From contig CATQHZ020000001.1 of the NCBI GenBank assembly GCA_958296135.2, positions 3,136,001-3,200,000 of the forward strand: DNA of 64,000 bases, written 5' to 3'. The notes below the pieces were generated by a model, which was given only the letters and a program-made list of their open reading frames with translations, did not search any database and had not been told where the DNA came from. Positions within the stretch are counted from its first letter, which is position 1. Each line of letters opens with the position of its first letter. Below, one piece after another: positions 8,355 to 17,237 of this stretch. The stretch is from an uncultured Poribacteria bacterium. GTDB lineage: Bacteria; Poribacteria; WGA-4E; WGA-3G. A program made the translations under genes and the position numbers.

Positions 8355-9470
8355 TTATAGGGACAGAAAACCAGCCAAGGGAATCTCTGCTAATTTTTTG
8401 GCAAACGTCTGTGCAATCGCCGTTTCAATCGGGATACCCTCGTTGAGGCGGCGCAGCAGTTGGCGAATCCCGGCGAAACCGAATTGCTGTGTGAGGTATT
8501 CCACAATCGCCGAGGATTGGAGATACGCCAGCATTCGTCGCTTGGCAGAGAGATGGCTGAGCGGCTGGCTTAACGCGGCGAAGGAGAGCAGGGCTTTGTT
8601 GTCAACAGCCTGTTGCAAACAGTGCCGTTCATAAGGAAATATTGGACGTGCAATGTGTTGCGCGAGTCCTTCGTCAAGCCAATTCGGAAACGGATGCTGC
8701 AACTGCCTATGAATCAGCAGATGCGTCCACTCGTGCCGGAGCAGCGCGTACAGAATGCTGAGCACCGGTTCGCCGGCCTCCGCGCAATACGTTAATCGGA
8801 TTTGCCCATCATAACACCCACTGGCCCATCGTGGCAGTGGACTTTGCGGTGCTGTGGAAATTCCGCCGGTATTGGTAATTGTGATAGCAACCGGATCGGT
8901 GGGGTAGAACCTCAGCAGTTTCCCTACTTCGGTGGAGGTTCGTCGCACGAGTTGCGAGATATACCACACCGACTGCGCGCTCATCGCGGCATCGCAGATG
9001 AGAGTAAAGCGGCCAAGGTCTGCACGCCAGTAGGTGTGTCGGCGGGCCGCACGCTGTCCATAGTCGCTACTTGCTTCCTGCAAAACGGAACCCGGCTTTC
9101 GGGAGTCGTCTCCATCTTTCTCCAAGCACTTCAAAAATTCCCGGCTCGGAAATTCCGGTTGGTGCAAGATGCCGCTCTCAAAAAGGAGCGCATCGAAGCC
9201 GTGCTTTTCTTGTAGGAGGCGTGCCTTGCGGCGGTGCGCGGTGGGAGAATCTGGGCACCGCTGGAGCGCGATGTCTAAATAGGTTAATGCCCTATCCCAT
9301 TCCCCAACCATCTCGTATGCTTTGGCAAGATCGGCGTAGATGTGGTGCCGGGTTACGTCAAGTTTTAAGCCTGCGAGGTAGTGTCGTATTGCTTCAACGT
9401 AGCGCGCCTGCTGATAACAGATTGCTGCGCGTTGGAAATGAGAGAGCGCGGGTGAAGCGGTATGTCGCAT
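8355..9470 (-). CDS. TPR repeat plus MA-clan (gluzincin-like) metallopeptidase domain protein
   Basis: N-terminal TPRs and HEWTH...WLDEGLA. Confidence 0.8.
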   Translation of the reverse strand: MRHTASPALSHFQRAAICYQQARYVEAIRHYLAGLKLDVTRHHIYADLAKAYEMVGEWDRALTYLDIALQRCPDSPTAHRRKARLLQEKHGFDALLFESGILHQPEFPSREFLKCLEKDGDDSRKPGSVLQEASSDYGQRAARRHTYWRADLGRFTLICDAAMSAQSVWYISQLVRRTSTEVGKLLRFYPTDPVAITITNTGGISTAPQSPLPRWASGCYDGQIRLTYCAEAGEPVLSILYALLRHEWTHLLIHRQLQHPFPNWLDEGLAQHIARPIFPYERHCLQQAVDNKALLSFAALSQPLSHLSAKRRMLAYLQSSAIVEYLTQQFGFAGIRQLLRRLNEGIPIETAIAQTFAKKLAEIPLAGFLSL

Positions 9471-9601
9471 ATCTTCGTTTGAAAATTGCAGACCGGGCGC
9501 GTGCAGCGGCGGGCGATGCCAGCCGCTGCAAAACGCCGCCGGTTTGCAAGTCTGTTAAGGGTGGATGCCGTTCCGGTGGTATCCACCCATCACTCGGAAA
9601 T

Positions 9602-10339
9602 TTACGAACGCTGAATGTTAACAACCTTAAGGGTAACCTTCCCGCATTCAACAGTTGCGTTGTCGTGGATGAGTTTGGTATCCTCAACGCGTTCGCCTTC
9701 GACGTAAGTCGCGGTAGAGCTCCCCATGTCGGTAAGGTAAAGGTCATCGTCCTTCTGCTCGAACCGCAGGTGCATGCGGGAGAGCGTGCGGATGGCGTTG
9801 TAAGGCGTTGCGATTCGCTCGGAAGGTTTGTTCCCCCAGTTTAACTCCTCGTCTGTGGGCACTGATGCCATCGGCGGCATCACATCGGTGTGCTGGTTGC
9901 CCATCTGCTCTGGGCCGTAGACAGGTGCCGCCGAGCCGGCCGGGGCGTATGCCTGTTCCGGCTCTTCGCCCCGGATTTCCGCCATCAGTCTTGCGCGGGC
10001 ACTTTCCTTTGCGCCGGGACGCGGCGTAACGGTGGCCCGTTCTTCAAACCGATAGTGCGTGAAGTCAACTAACTGCTTCAACGCCTGAAAATCGGGGCAG
10101 CTGGGCAGTTCCTTCAAGATTCGTTTCTGCTTGCGTGATAACTTTTCGTTTTTCAGCCAGCAGGTGTATGCCTCTAACCTATCAGCCTTTTTCACCTCAT
10201 CTGCCGAGGCATGATGAGCGTCGGTTCGCTTCCAAAAGCGCATGAGTTTATCCTCCAATTCGTCGGACTGCCTCATCATCTGGCACAGCGCGCTATCGTA
10301 GCGCGCCCTAGACGCTGAAGCCGTTCCTAGTAAATCCAT
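9602..10339 (-). CDS. ECF-sigma-associated protein with degenerate C-terminal FHA domain (putative anti-sigma or regulator)
   Basis: SRMHLRFEQKDDDLYLTDMGSSTATYVEGERV resembles the FHA pattern SRxH..DLGSTNGTxVNG. It directly follows the sigma gene; the start is uncertain. Confidence 0.6.
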   Translation of the reverse strand: MDLLGTASASRARYDSALCQMMRQSDELEDKLMRFWKRTDAHHASADEVKKADRLEAYTCWLKNEKLSRKQKRILKELPSCPDFQALKQLVDFTHYRFEERATVTPRPGAKESARARLMAEIRGEEPEQAYAPAGSAAPVYGPEQMGNQHTDVMPPMASVPTDEELNWGNKPSERIATPYNAIRTLSRMHLRFEQKDDDLYLTDMGSSTATYVEGERVEDTKLIHDNATVECGKVTLKVVNIQRS

Positions 10340-10941
10340 TGGATGCCCTTATTAATGAGAATTTGCCGCAGTTCCTGCGTGCATCGGAAGATCCAGATTT
10401 TGACAGTTCCGTCCTTCCGGTCAAGAATTCGGGCGATTTCCGCAATACTATAGCCTTCAAGGTGGCGCAGCATCCATGCGATGCGATGGTTCGGCTTCGT
10501 CACCTGTTGGAGCGCGCTTTCCAAGATTTCCTGAGCTTCTTGTGCCTCAAGTTGTCTCTCCGGCCCGGGGCGCGTATCCTCGTATTCGCTCAGCGGCAGC
10601 TCGTCATCGTCAGGTGAGCCGCCCACCGGTGATTCCCGGATGCGGTCGCGCTTCCGTATTGCGTCAATAATCGTATTTCGTGCTACCGTATTGAGCCACG
10701 CCTGAAAACTACCTTGTTCGGTGTCCCATTTGTTCAGCTTCTGCCAAACTTTGACGAATACATCCTGAGTCACCTCTTCGGTATCTTGGTAGTTTCCAAG
10801 CATACGGTAGGCTTTACTATAAACCCAACTATAGTGCTTGTCGAAGAGTTGACTAAACGCGATTTCGTCGCCTTGTTTAGCTTGTGTCGCGAGATAGGTA
10901 TCTTCAACAGCGGATAAATCGTCGGGTGCTTGGCGCGCCAT
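10327..10941 (-). CDS. ECF RNA polymerase sigma-70 factor
   Basis: GDEIAFSQLF, EEVTQDVFVKVW, FQAWLNTVARN and EGYSIAEIARIL..GTVK. Confidence 0.93.
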   Translation of the reverse strand: MARQAPDDLSAVEDTYLATQAKQGDEIAFSQLFDKHYSWVYSKAYRMLGNYQDTEEVTQDVFVKVWQKLNKWDTEQGSFQAWLNTVARNTIIDAIRKRDRIRESPVGGSPDDDELPLSEYEDTRPGPERQLEAQEAQEILESALQQVTKPNHRIAWMLRHLEGYSIAEIARILDRKDGTVKIWIFRCTQELRQILINKGIQWIY

Positions 10942-10992
10942 AACAAACAGCCCCTTTCGTTCACAAGGATTCTTTCAGTCGGCTAATTTCTA

Positions 10993-11020
10993 TAACGCAG
11001 TCCTGGCGAATTGCGTTACA
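10993..11020 (-). promoter_or_regulatory. Putative autoregulatory ECF promoter GTAAC-N17-CGTTA (quasi-palindromic)
   Basis: Reverse complement reads tgtAACgcaattcgccaggactgCGTTA, about 50 bp upstream of the sigma ATG. AAC/CGT is the generic ECF consensus. Confidence 0.5.
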
Positions 11021-11272
11021 AAAAAATGGAAAAATTATTCTCGCACGCCAATAAAAACTCACGCGCTAAAGTGAATGTGCTTAACTCTAATCGTTCTCGC
11101 AAAATTTGTCAAGAAAAAAGACAATTCTGCTCGAAAATATGCTTTATTCTAACGATTTTTGCAAAATTTGTCAAGAAAGATAATTTTTCTGAGTTTTCGG
11201 AAGTGAGCGTTTGCGAGGGACAGGTTGTCCCTCGCGCTACGGCCGCGGGCGGATTTTCGTTCGGTAGACTTC

Positions 11273-11301
11273 TGGACATCTATCCGAGAATGTGGTATTA
11301 T
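11273..11301 (+). promoter_or_regulatory. Sigma70-like promoter TGGACA-N17-TATTAT
   Basis: Lies upstream of the GNAT gene. Confidence 0.45.
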
Positions 11302-11455
11302 ACCTAATTAATCTGATTCGGCTCGCGTCTGTAGGTGGTGATGAGTTGGCCGGGGCCTGCCCCGTTCGGGTTCCCTGCCAAGCAGGGCAAGCCCGAAGAT
11401 TCAGATTCATTTCGTATTAGACTCTCACACTCTATCTTTCAAACGGAGATAAAAA

Positions 11456-12349
11456 ATGGAAATCGTTGAATACACCCCCGAGTTGCTGGAGCCGATGACA
11501 GCCTGCTACAACCGCCTCACCACGGATGTACCGCACAGCTATCCGGTAACCGAAGCGGAATTCGGAGAAGAACTGTCTAGTGCGCCACCGGGGGGACACC
11601 CTGACATCTTTTTTATTTCACAGCATACTTTTGTTGCCACATCGGACGACACTGTGCTTGGATTTGTCCAAGCGCGCGTTGACGAATTAAGACGACACAA
11701 GTGCAATCTCGGCATCATCAGGTTTCTCGGCTATCTCCCCGGTGAACGCCGTACGGGACAGGCCCTGCTTGAGAAGGCAGAGGCCCACTTAAAAATGCAA
11801 GCCGCTACTCGCATCGTTGCTGTGCCGCAAAAATACCGCTACCGCTTCTACCACTTCGGGCACGCTTACTTATCCAATGCACTTGCACAGGTGCAGGCAC
11901 TCCTCGCCTTCAACGGCTACGAACGCACCGCCGGCGAGGTGTTTTTGGCGTGGAAGAATTACGATGTTACGCCAACACCGCTCGCGCAACCTTTAGAAAT
12001 CACTGTTGAATGGGAAGAGGGAAGAGGCAAACTTCCAAACTGCACCGTGCGCGGGTGCCGCGCTGGCGAAGAAGTCGGCGTTTGCGAATCGCTCTGCGGC
12101 GGTGAATTTTCAAGCCACTCCGACGCGCAAGACTGGTGCCATACCATGTGGCTCGGCATTGAAGACGAATTCCAAGGGCAAGGCATCGGCCGTTATTTGC
12201 TCCAACGCGCGCTTCAGGAAATGCGCAAAGTTGGATACCGCCACGCGCTCATTAGCACGGCATGGGATAATCATCGCGCCTTCCTCTTTTATAGCAACTT
12301 CGGCTACCGAGTCACGGATTGGACGTATGAATTTTCAAAATCTCTGTGA
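11456..12349 (+). CDS. Tandem-domain GNAT N-acetyltransferase
   Basis: Motif A FQGQGIGRYLL and RRTGQALL, NxxAxxFYxxxGY. Confidence 0.88.
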   Translation: MEIVEYTPELLEPMTACYNRLTTDVPHSYPVTEAEFGEELSSAPPGGHPDIFFISQHTFVATSDDTVLGFVQARVDELRRHKCNLGIIRFLGYLPGERRTGQALLEKAEAHLKMQAATRIVAVPQKYRYRFYHFGHAYLSNALAQVQALLAFNGYERTAGEVFLAWKNYDVTPTPLAQPLEITVEWEEGRGKLPNCTVRGCRAGEEVGVCESLCGGEFSSHSDAQDWCHTMWLGIEDEFQGQGIGRYLLQRALQEMRKVGYRHALISTAWDNHRAFLFYSNFGYRVTDWTYEFSKSL

Positions 12350-12369
12350 TACCTATCTGCGGGACATCC

Positions 12370-12507
12370 AAGGAACGGCGGAAACAGCGGTTAACGGCTA
12401 CGGAGATTCGGCAGTATCAACGGGTGTTGATGGCCGTCGGAGAGACGATTCGGCTGATGGCGAAGATTGATGTCGTTTTGAAAGTTGACTTTCACGGCCG
12501 GATATAA
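12370..12507 (+). pseudogene. C-terminal remnant of a type ISP-like restriction-modification gene
   Basis: Translates as KERRKQRLTATEIRQYQRVLMAVGETIRLMAKIDVVL. This resembles the recalled terminal motif of these enzymes (DRKGRxLSxxDIxHYQxIVxALxETIRLMxEID). There is no start codon or upstream body. Confidence 0.6.
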
Positions 12508-12513
12508 TATAAT
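12485..12513 (+). promoter_or_regulatory. Near-consensus sigma70 promoter TTGACT-N17-TATAAT with no downstream plus-strand gene
   Basis: TTGACTttcacggccggatataaTATAAT. Confidence 0.5.
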
Positions 12514-12566
12514 ACCTAACGAGGGCGGAACTGACGTTCCGTTTTGGGGCGGCGCGGGTTCTAAAA

Positions 12567-13133
12567 TCAGGCTGGGGTTTTCGTTACGTCAACGAACCAT
12601 CGCGCTTCTGCCATCCGTTCTGTCGCTTCGGGTACCGCGGGCTGATACGTTGCGAACTTCACTTTGTCGCAATTGACGAAGAAATGCCGGACCTTGGTGA
12701 TGTCCAGCGTGCCTAGCTGCAGGTTCGCTAATTGCGAGAGCAGGAGCGTCGTCGTCAATTCCAATGCGGGGATGCGGTAGCGTGCCGCTATGTATTCGCG
12801 AATCACGTGAGAGATGTGAGTGTGATACGCGTCCATGTCGCCGTGCGCGAGCCATGCAGCGGCTTCAATCGCCGCTAGCCGTTCATAAGCGATTTCATGC
12901 GGCGAACGGATGTCCGCCTCTTCAGTGGGAGTGGGAGCCGGTGGTTGCCGGCGTTTCCGCAGATAAAGCCATACCAGCATTGCGACAACGCCGACAAAAA
13001 TCCCGCCGGCGAGAAAATAGGGGAACAGGCTTTGCGGCACCTCAAGTGGCGGTTTGATGGCGCGCAGTTTCGGCGGTGCCTGCGAGAGGAATTGATAGAG
13101 AAGAGACATAGCGCAACTTTTGACGGGAGGCAC
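12567..13133 (-). CDS. BatD/DUF4381-like single-pass membrane protein
   Basis: TM helix plus basic tail, PHEIA..L, REYI..RY...ALELTT and DKVKFA. Confidence 0.6.
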   Translation of the reverse strand: MPPVKSCAMSLLYQFLSQAPPKLRAIKPPLEVPQSLFPYFLAGGIFVGVVAMLVWLYLRKRRQPPAPTPTEEADIRSPHEIAYERLAAIEAAAWLAHGDMDAYHTHISHVIREYIAARYRIPALELTTTLLLSQLANLQLGTLDITKVRHFFVNCDKVKFATYQPAVPEATERMAEARWFVDVTKTPA

Positions 13134-13278
13134 GCTTTGATGAAGATTAAGGAAATAAACGCGTTATTTTTCGCGAGCGATACGGGCAGATAGAGAAATC
13201 CGCCCTTACAGTCCCAGCGCGTGCCTGCTTGCCGAAAATTACCTTAATTACTGAAACTTCATGAAAACGCGTAAAAGA

Positions 13279-13875
13279 TTACCGTAGCGGTTCAATGACT
13301 ATTGACTTCGGAGACGTAGGACAAACATACTGGCAGACACCGCAGCCCGTGCATCCCGGTGTAAGCACCTCAACTGTGCCTGTCGGCGAGAAGCAGATGG
13401 CATCTTCGCCGATGGGGCAGCTGTCCACGCAGTAAGTGCAGGCAATCTCTTTTGAACGAAGACAAGTCTCTGCAGTGAAGACTGCGACTCCCATTGCGAT
13501 GTCTTCCGCAAAGACGGTTTGGAGTGCGCCGCTGGGACAGACATACATGCACGCCAGCGAATCGCAGATGACGCACGGTTGCACGTCAGGGTTAATATAG
13601 GGAGTCTGCATCAGCCCCGGGTCTTCGCTTTCTAACGGACGAATGGCTTCAGCGGGGCAATTTTTGACGCAGTTACCGCAGCGGAGGCATTTTTCGAGGA
13701 ACTCTTCCTCAGGCAGCGCGCCGGGTGGCCGCAGCATCGCCGCGTTCGGCACAGACAGCGGACTTTCCATTGCAGGAGTGAGTCCTACACGTTCGTCTAA
13801 AATTTCGGCGACCGGCTGGAGGATTTGGTTGAGTGCCTCCTTAAAAAAGCCGCGTCTGCCTTGTTTGTCGGACAT
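13279..13875 (-). CDS. MauM/NapG-like 4Fe-4S ferredoxin-type protein
   Basis: LRPPGA, CLRCGNCVKNCP, CTGCGVCQYVCP and N-terminal RRGFF. Confidence 0.85.
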   Translation of the reverse strand: MSDKQGRRGFFKEALNQILQPVAEILDERVGLTPAMESPLSVPNAAMLRPPGALPEEEFLEKCLRCGNCVKNCPAEAIRPLESEDPGLMQTPYINPDVQPCVICDSLACMYVCPSGALQTVFAEDIAMGVAVFTAETCLRSKEIACTYCVDSCPIGEDAICFSPTGTVEVLTPGCTGCGVCQYVCPTSPKSIVIEPLR

Positions 13876-13906
13876 GGAGATACCCTTTCATCGGTAGGCG
13901 CGCTTT

Positions 13907-14548
13907 TTACGCCGGTTCGTCTTGGGCGGCTTTCGGAATGCGATAGCAACACCGATGACTGCCACGCATGAGATGCTCCTCACGGTAGACTTTCGCCTCT
14001 AAGGTATGCCGAAAAAGTGCTAACTCGATTTCACAGACATCTGGGTATTCCTCAGCAATTACGGCGATGGGACAGTTGTGTTCGATGAGGAAGTAATCGG
14101 TGCCGTTTTCATCGACGCGCGCCATGTATCCCTCTTCGTCGCGGATGAGCGCGAGCTCTTTGAGGCGCGCCGGGAGCGTTTTCCCTTGCACCCGCTGTTG
14201 GTATGTCTGCATTTGCGACTGCATGCGGCTCTGAAACACCTTGTTGATAAATCCAAGCCCGTTGAATTTCGCGACTTCGTGCATCAATTCCACTGCAAAG
14301 TTGGCGTAAGTCGTCGGGAAGAGGCTGTGTGCTTCCTCTGTGAGGCGGTAGAGATGGTGCGGGCGGCCGCGTTCCAATTTCTCGCGTTGATGTTCAACTA
14401 AGCCTTCTGCTTCCAGAATCGCCAAGTGTTGCCGGATGCCGACGGAGCTGATGTGCAGTGCGTCTGTGAGTTGCCCTACGCTCATTTGGGCGCGCATTTT
14501 CAGCAGTTGTAAGATGCGCATGCGCGTTTCGCTCATTTCGCAATTCAT
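13907..14548 (-). CDS. SufR-like HTH transcriptional regulator
   Basis: wHTH IRQHLAILE..GRP and C-terminal EGYMA, EHNCPI, C..EL and CCY cysteine pattern. Confidence 0.8.
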   Translation of the reverse strand: MNCEMSETRMRILQLLKMRAQMSVGQLTDALHISSVGIRQHLAILEAEGLVEHQREKLERGRPHHLYRLTEEAHSLFPTTYANFAVELMHEVAKFNGLGFINKVFQSRMQSQMQTYQQRVQGKTLPARLKELALIRDEEGYMARVDENGTDYFLIEHNCPIAVIAEEYPDVCEIELALFRHTLEAKVYREEHLMRGSHRCCYRIPKAAQDEPA

Positions 14549-14735
14549 AATGATGTCCTTTTTGATAATTTACTACAATTATATCACAATTGTGCATATC
14601 AATGCAACGGTAAAACGAGTTTTCTGAATCAGGACTGGGCAATTCTCTTGCAAAAAATACGAAGATACGTTAAACTTAAAAAACTGCACCGGAAAAAATG
14701 GGCGTTTCTAAAAAAAACGGTCAAGGAGCATACTC

Positions 14736-16178
14736 ATGAAAAAATGGTTATCCTGCAAACTCAATTTCGCTATCGCGGCGATTGTGATGCTATCCCTCGG
14801 TGTTACGGCGATGGGGCACAGCGCGGCACGCGTCTCAATAGCACCCGCTGAAATTCCCTCCCCGGCAGTCGGGGAACAGTTGCGCGTTGATATTCACATC
14901 GCCGATGGGAAAGGTGTCGCGGGCTACGAACTGAGCGTAGTTTTCGATGCTGCTTCGCTGCGCTATCTGGAAGCGACAAACGCCGATTACCTTCCTACCG
15001 GCGCGCTCACAGTGGCACAGCTTGACGAGAAAAACAACGTTTATCTGACAGCGATTTCCCAAAGTGGCCCCGGTACATCCAACGATGGGACCCTCGCAAC
15101 GGTGACGTTTGAAGTAGTAGCAGTTAACGCTTCAACGCTAAAACTCAGCGAGGTGACGCTCTGGGATAGCGAGACGCGGCCGCTGGCAGTCACAACGGTA
15201 GACGGGAAAATTGTCGCTTCGCCCGCGTGGGACGTGAATCAGGACGGCGAGGTGAATGCGCAAGATCTGGCACTTGTCCGGAACAACCTCCGGGTCTCGG
15301 GACCGAATCCCCCGCGCGCGGATGTCAACGGGGACGGGACGGTGAATATTCTCGATCTGGCACTTGTCGAGAAACACCTCGGTGAGTCAACAGCCGCGCC
15401 GCCTCCCGTTGCCGAAACTGCCCCCGAGGGCATGGTGTTGATTCCCGCCGGCGAATTTGAGATGGGCAGCGACGACAACTCCGCCTATAGCGACGAACGT
15501 CCCCCGCACCCTGTCTACGTCGATGCTTTTTATATTGATACGCACGAGGTGACGAACGCGCAATATCAGACGTTTGTGCTTGCGAACCCGGCGTGGCAAA
15601 AAGGGAACATCCCCAGGAAATACCACAACGGCTATTACCTCCATCTCTGGAATGGCAATGAATATCCGAGTGACAAAGCAGAACATCCCGTTGTCTATGT
15701 CAGCTGGTATGCGGCGATGGCGTATACAGACTGGGTAGGCAAACGACTACCGACAGAGGCGGAGTGGGAGAAAGCGCAACGCGGCGGTGTCGATGGAAGC
15801 CAGTATCCTTGGGGTAATGACATTGATACTAGCAAGGCAAATTACAGTTGGGAAATCGGTGACACGGTGGCAGTTGGCAGTTACGCGCCTAATGGCTATG
15901 GACTCTATGACATGGCGGGCAACGTCTGGGAGTGGTGCCTTGATGCATATCGGCGCAATTTTTACGTTACTTCGCCGCTGAAGAACCCGATTTCGGGTGC
16001 TGAGACTACCGCACAAGTTATTGATGACTACACCGACATCCGTTCCTACCGTGTGTTGCGGGGTGGTTCTTGGAGCAGCTCCTCGCATCATTTGCGGGTA
16101 TCCTATCGCTTCCGGCTCACGCCCTCTGTCGCCATCAGCGATTTCGGATTTCGGTGCGCGAAGTCCGTATCGCCTTAA
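14736..16178 (+). CDS. Secreted cohesin + dockerin + FGE-sulfatase (SUMF1-like) domain protein
   Basis: Signal peptide, cohesin-like GTLATVTFEV, DVNQDGEVN/DVNGDGTVNILDL, RLPTEAEWEKA, DMAGNVWEW and GFRCA. Confidence 0.88.
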   Translation: MKKWLSCKLNFAIAAIVMLSLGVTAMGHSAARVSIAPAEIPSPAVGEQLRVDIHIADGKGVAGYELSVVFDAASLRYLEATNADYLPTGALTVAQLDEKNNVYLTAISQSGPGTSNDGTLATVTFEVVAVNASTLKLSEVTLWDSETRPLAVTTVDGKIVASPAWDVNQDGEVNAQDLALVRNNLRVSGPNPPRADVNGDGTVNILDLALVEKHLGESTAAPPPVAETAPEGMVLIPAGEFEMGSDDNSAYSDERPPHPVYVDAFYIDTHEVTNAQYQTFVLANPAWQKGNIPRKYHNGYYLHLWNGNEYPSDKAEHPVVYVSWYAAMAYTDWVGKRLPTEAEWEKAQRGGVDGSQYPWGNDIDTSKANYSWEIGDTVAVGSYAPNGYGLYDMAGNVWEWCLDAYRRNFYVTSPLKNPISGAETTAQVIDDYTDIRSYRVLRGGSWSSSSHHLRVSYRFRLTPSVAISDFGFRCAKSVSP

Positions 16179-16191
16179 CAGGAAGATAACC

Positions 16192-16968
16192 ATGAAACTA
16201 ATCGCTTTTCTTCTCTGCGGCATTTTAGTGCTCCTGACCGGGTGCGGCTCCGATGAAAGCGTCTCGCTGTCGCAGCCTACGGAACTGTCAATACCGAACT
16301 ACTTTCCCGATGAGCTCGGAAGCCGGTGGGTATATAGCGGGCCCGGCGGCAAGCAGTGGGTGAGGGAAGTGACGCATGAGCGGACTATTGATGAAAACGT
16401 CTATCGTGTCTTTACGTATACCCCTCCCATTGAAGATGTCACGTTCGACCTGTTGAGAATCTCTCAGTATCGCGTAACCCAGAATCGCGTGCTTACTTTC
16501 GTTGAAGAAGACATCGACCGGTATGTGAAAGCCAAAGTCCCAGAGTTTCAGGTGCAGGGCGCGTTTGAAGGAATTGAACTTGAGGTGCAGGTGGACTCAA
16601 TATCCGAGCGTGAACTCGTTTTCTACCGCATCCCACCGACTCCCAACGTGCAGTGGGAGGTCCTTGACGTGAAGGTGGAAGGAAGCGTTTTGCTGCAGGG
16701 ATTAGGACTCCTACAACTCGCCTTTGAGATGCATTTGCGCATTGAAGGCACAGTTGTCGGCACTCCAAAAACTGTGCAAACACCCGCCGGCACCTTTGAA
16801 AACACCTATAAGATTGAATACCGGTCAGGATATACCTTCTTTATTATCGACAAAGAGGAGACAACTCCCGAAGTCACCGACACCGTCTGGCTTGCACCCC
16901 ATGTTGGCATTGTCCGATTTGAAAACGAGAGAGGGATAACCGAATTAGTGGACTACACCCTCCCCTAG
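16192..16968 (+). CDS. Lipoprotein of unknown function, copy 1
   Basis: Lipobox LTGC, NYFP..GSRWVY, TPAGTF and WLAPHVGIV. Confidence 0.8.
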   Translation: MKLIAFLLCGILVLLTGCGSDESVSLSQPTELSIPNYFPDELGSRWVYSGPGGKQWVREVTHERTIDENVYRVFTYTPPIEDVTFDLLRISQYRVTQNRVLTFVEEDIDRYVKAKVPEFQVQGAFEGIELEVQVDSISERELVFYRIPPTPNVQWEVLDVKVEGSVLLQGLGLLQLAFEMHLRIEGTVVGTPKTVQTPAGTFENTYKIEYRSGYTFFIIDKEETTPEVTDTVWLAPHVGIVRFENERGITELVDYTLP

Positions 16969-16978
16969 GAATCGCGCA

Positions 16979-17224
16979 ATGAGAATCGTTGTCTTAAGCG
17001 ATGGCAAGCCGGGGCACTACAATCAATCCCTCGGCATCGTCCAACGCCTGCCGGAATGCGATACACGTTGGATAGACGTTCGTTTCCGCTCCTACCGTGT
17101 GTTGCGGGGTGGTTCTTGGAGCAGCTCCTCGCATCATTTGCGGATATCCTATCGCTTCCGGCTCACGCCCTCTGTCGCCATCAGCGATTTCGGATTTCGG
17201 TGCGCGAAGTCCGTATCGCCTTAA
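16979..17224 (+). pseudogene. Chimeric junction ORF (ELM1 N-terminus fused in frame to FGE C-terminus)
   Basis: The first ~37 aa match ORF 18022 and the last ~44 aa match the end of ORF 14736. Confidence 0.8.
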
Positions 17225-17237
17225 CAGGAGGATAACC

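Noticed and set aside
11320-11410. Structured leader or riboswitch upstream of the GNAT gene
   Set aside because: The hairpin GTTCGGG..GCCCGAA resembles a repeat at ~38572, and I recognise no riboswitch consensus. An Rfam scan would settle it.
16044-17224. Possible DGR variable/template repeat pair, since the 3' end of an FGE (CLec-fold) gene is repeated 1046 bp downstream
   Set aside because: Only about one mismatch in the segment, no AAY-rich template and no reverse transcriptase in the window. The repeat continues through the next whole gene, so it is a plain tandem duplication.
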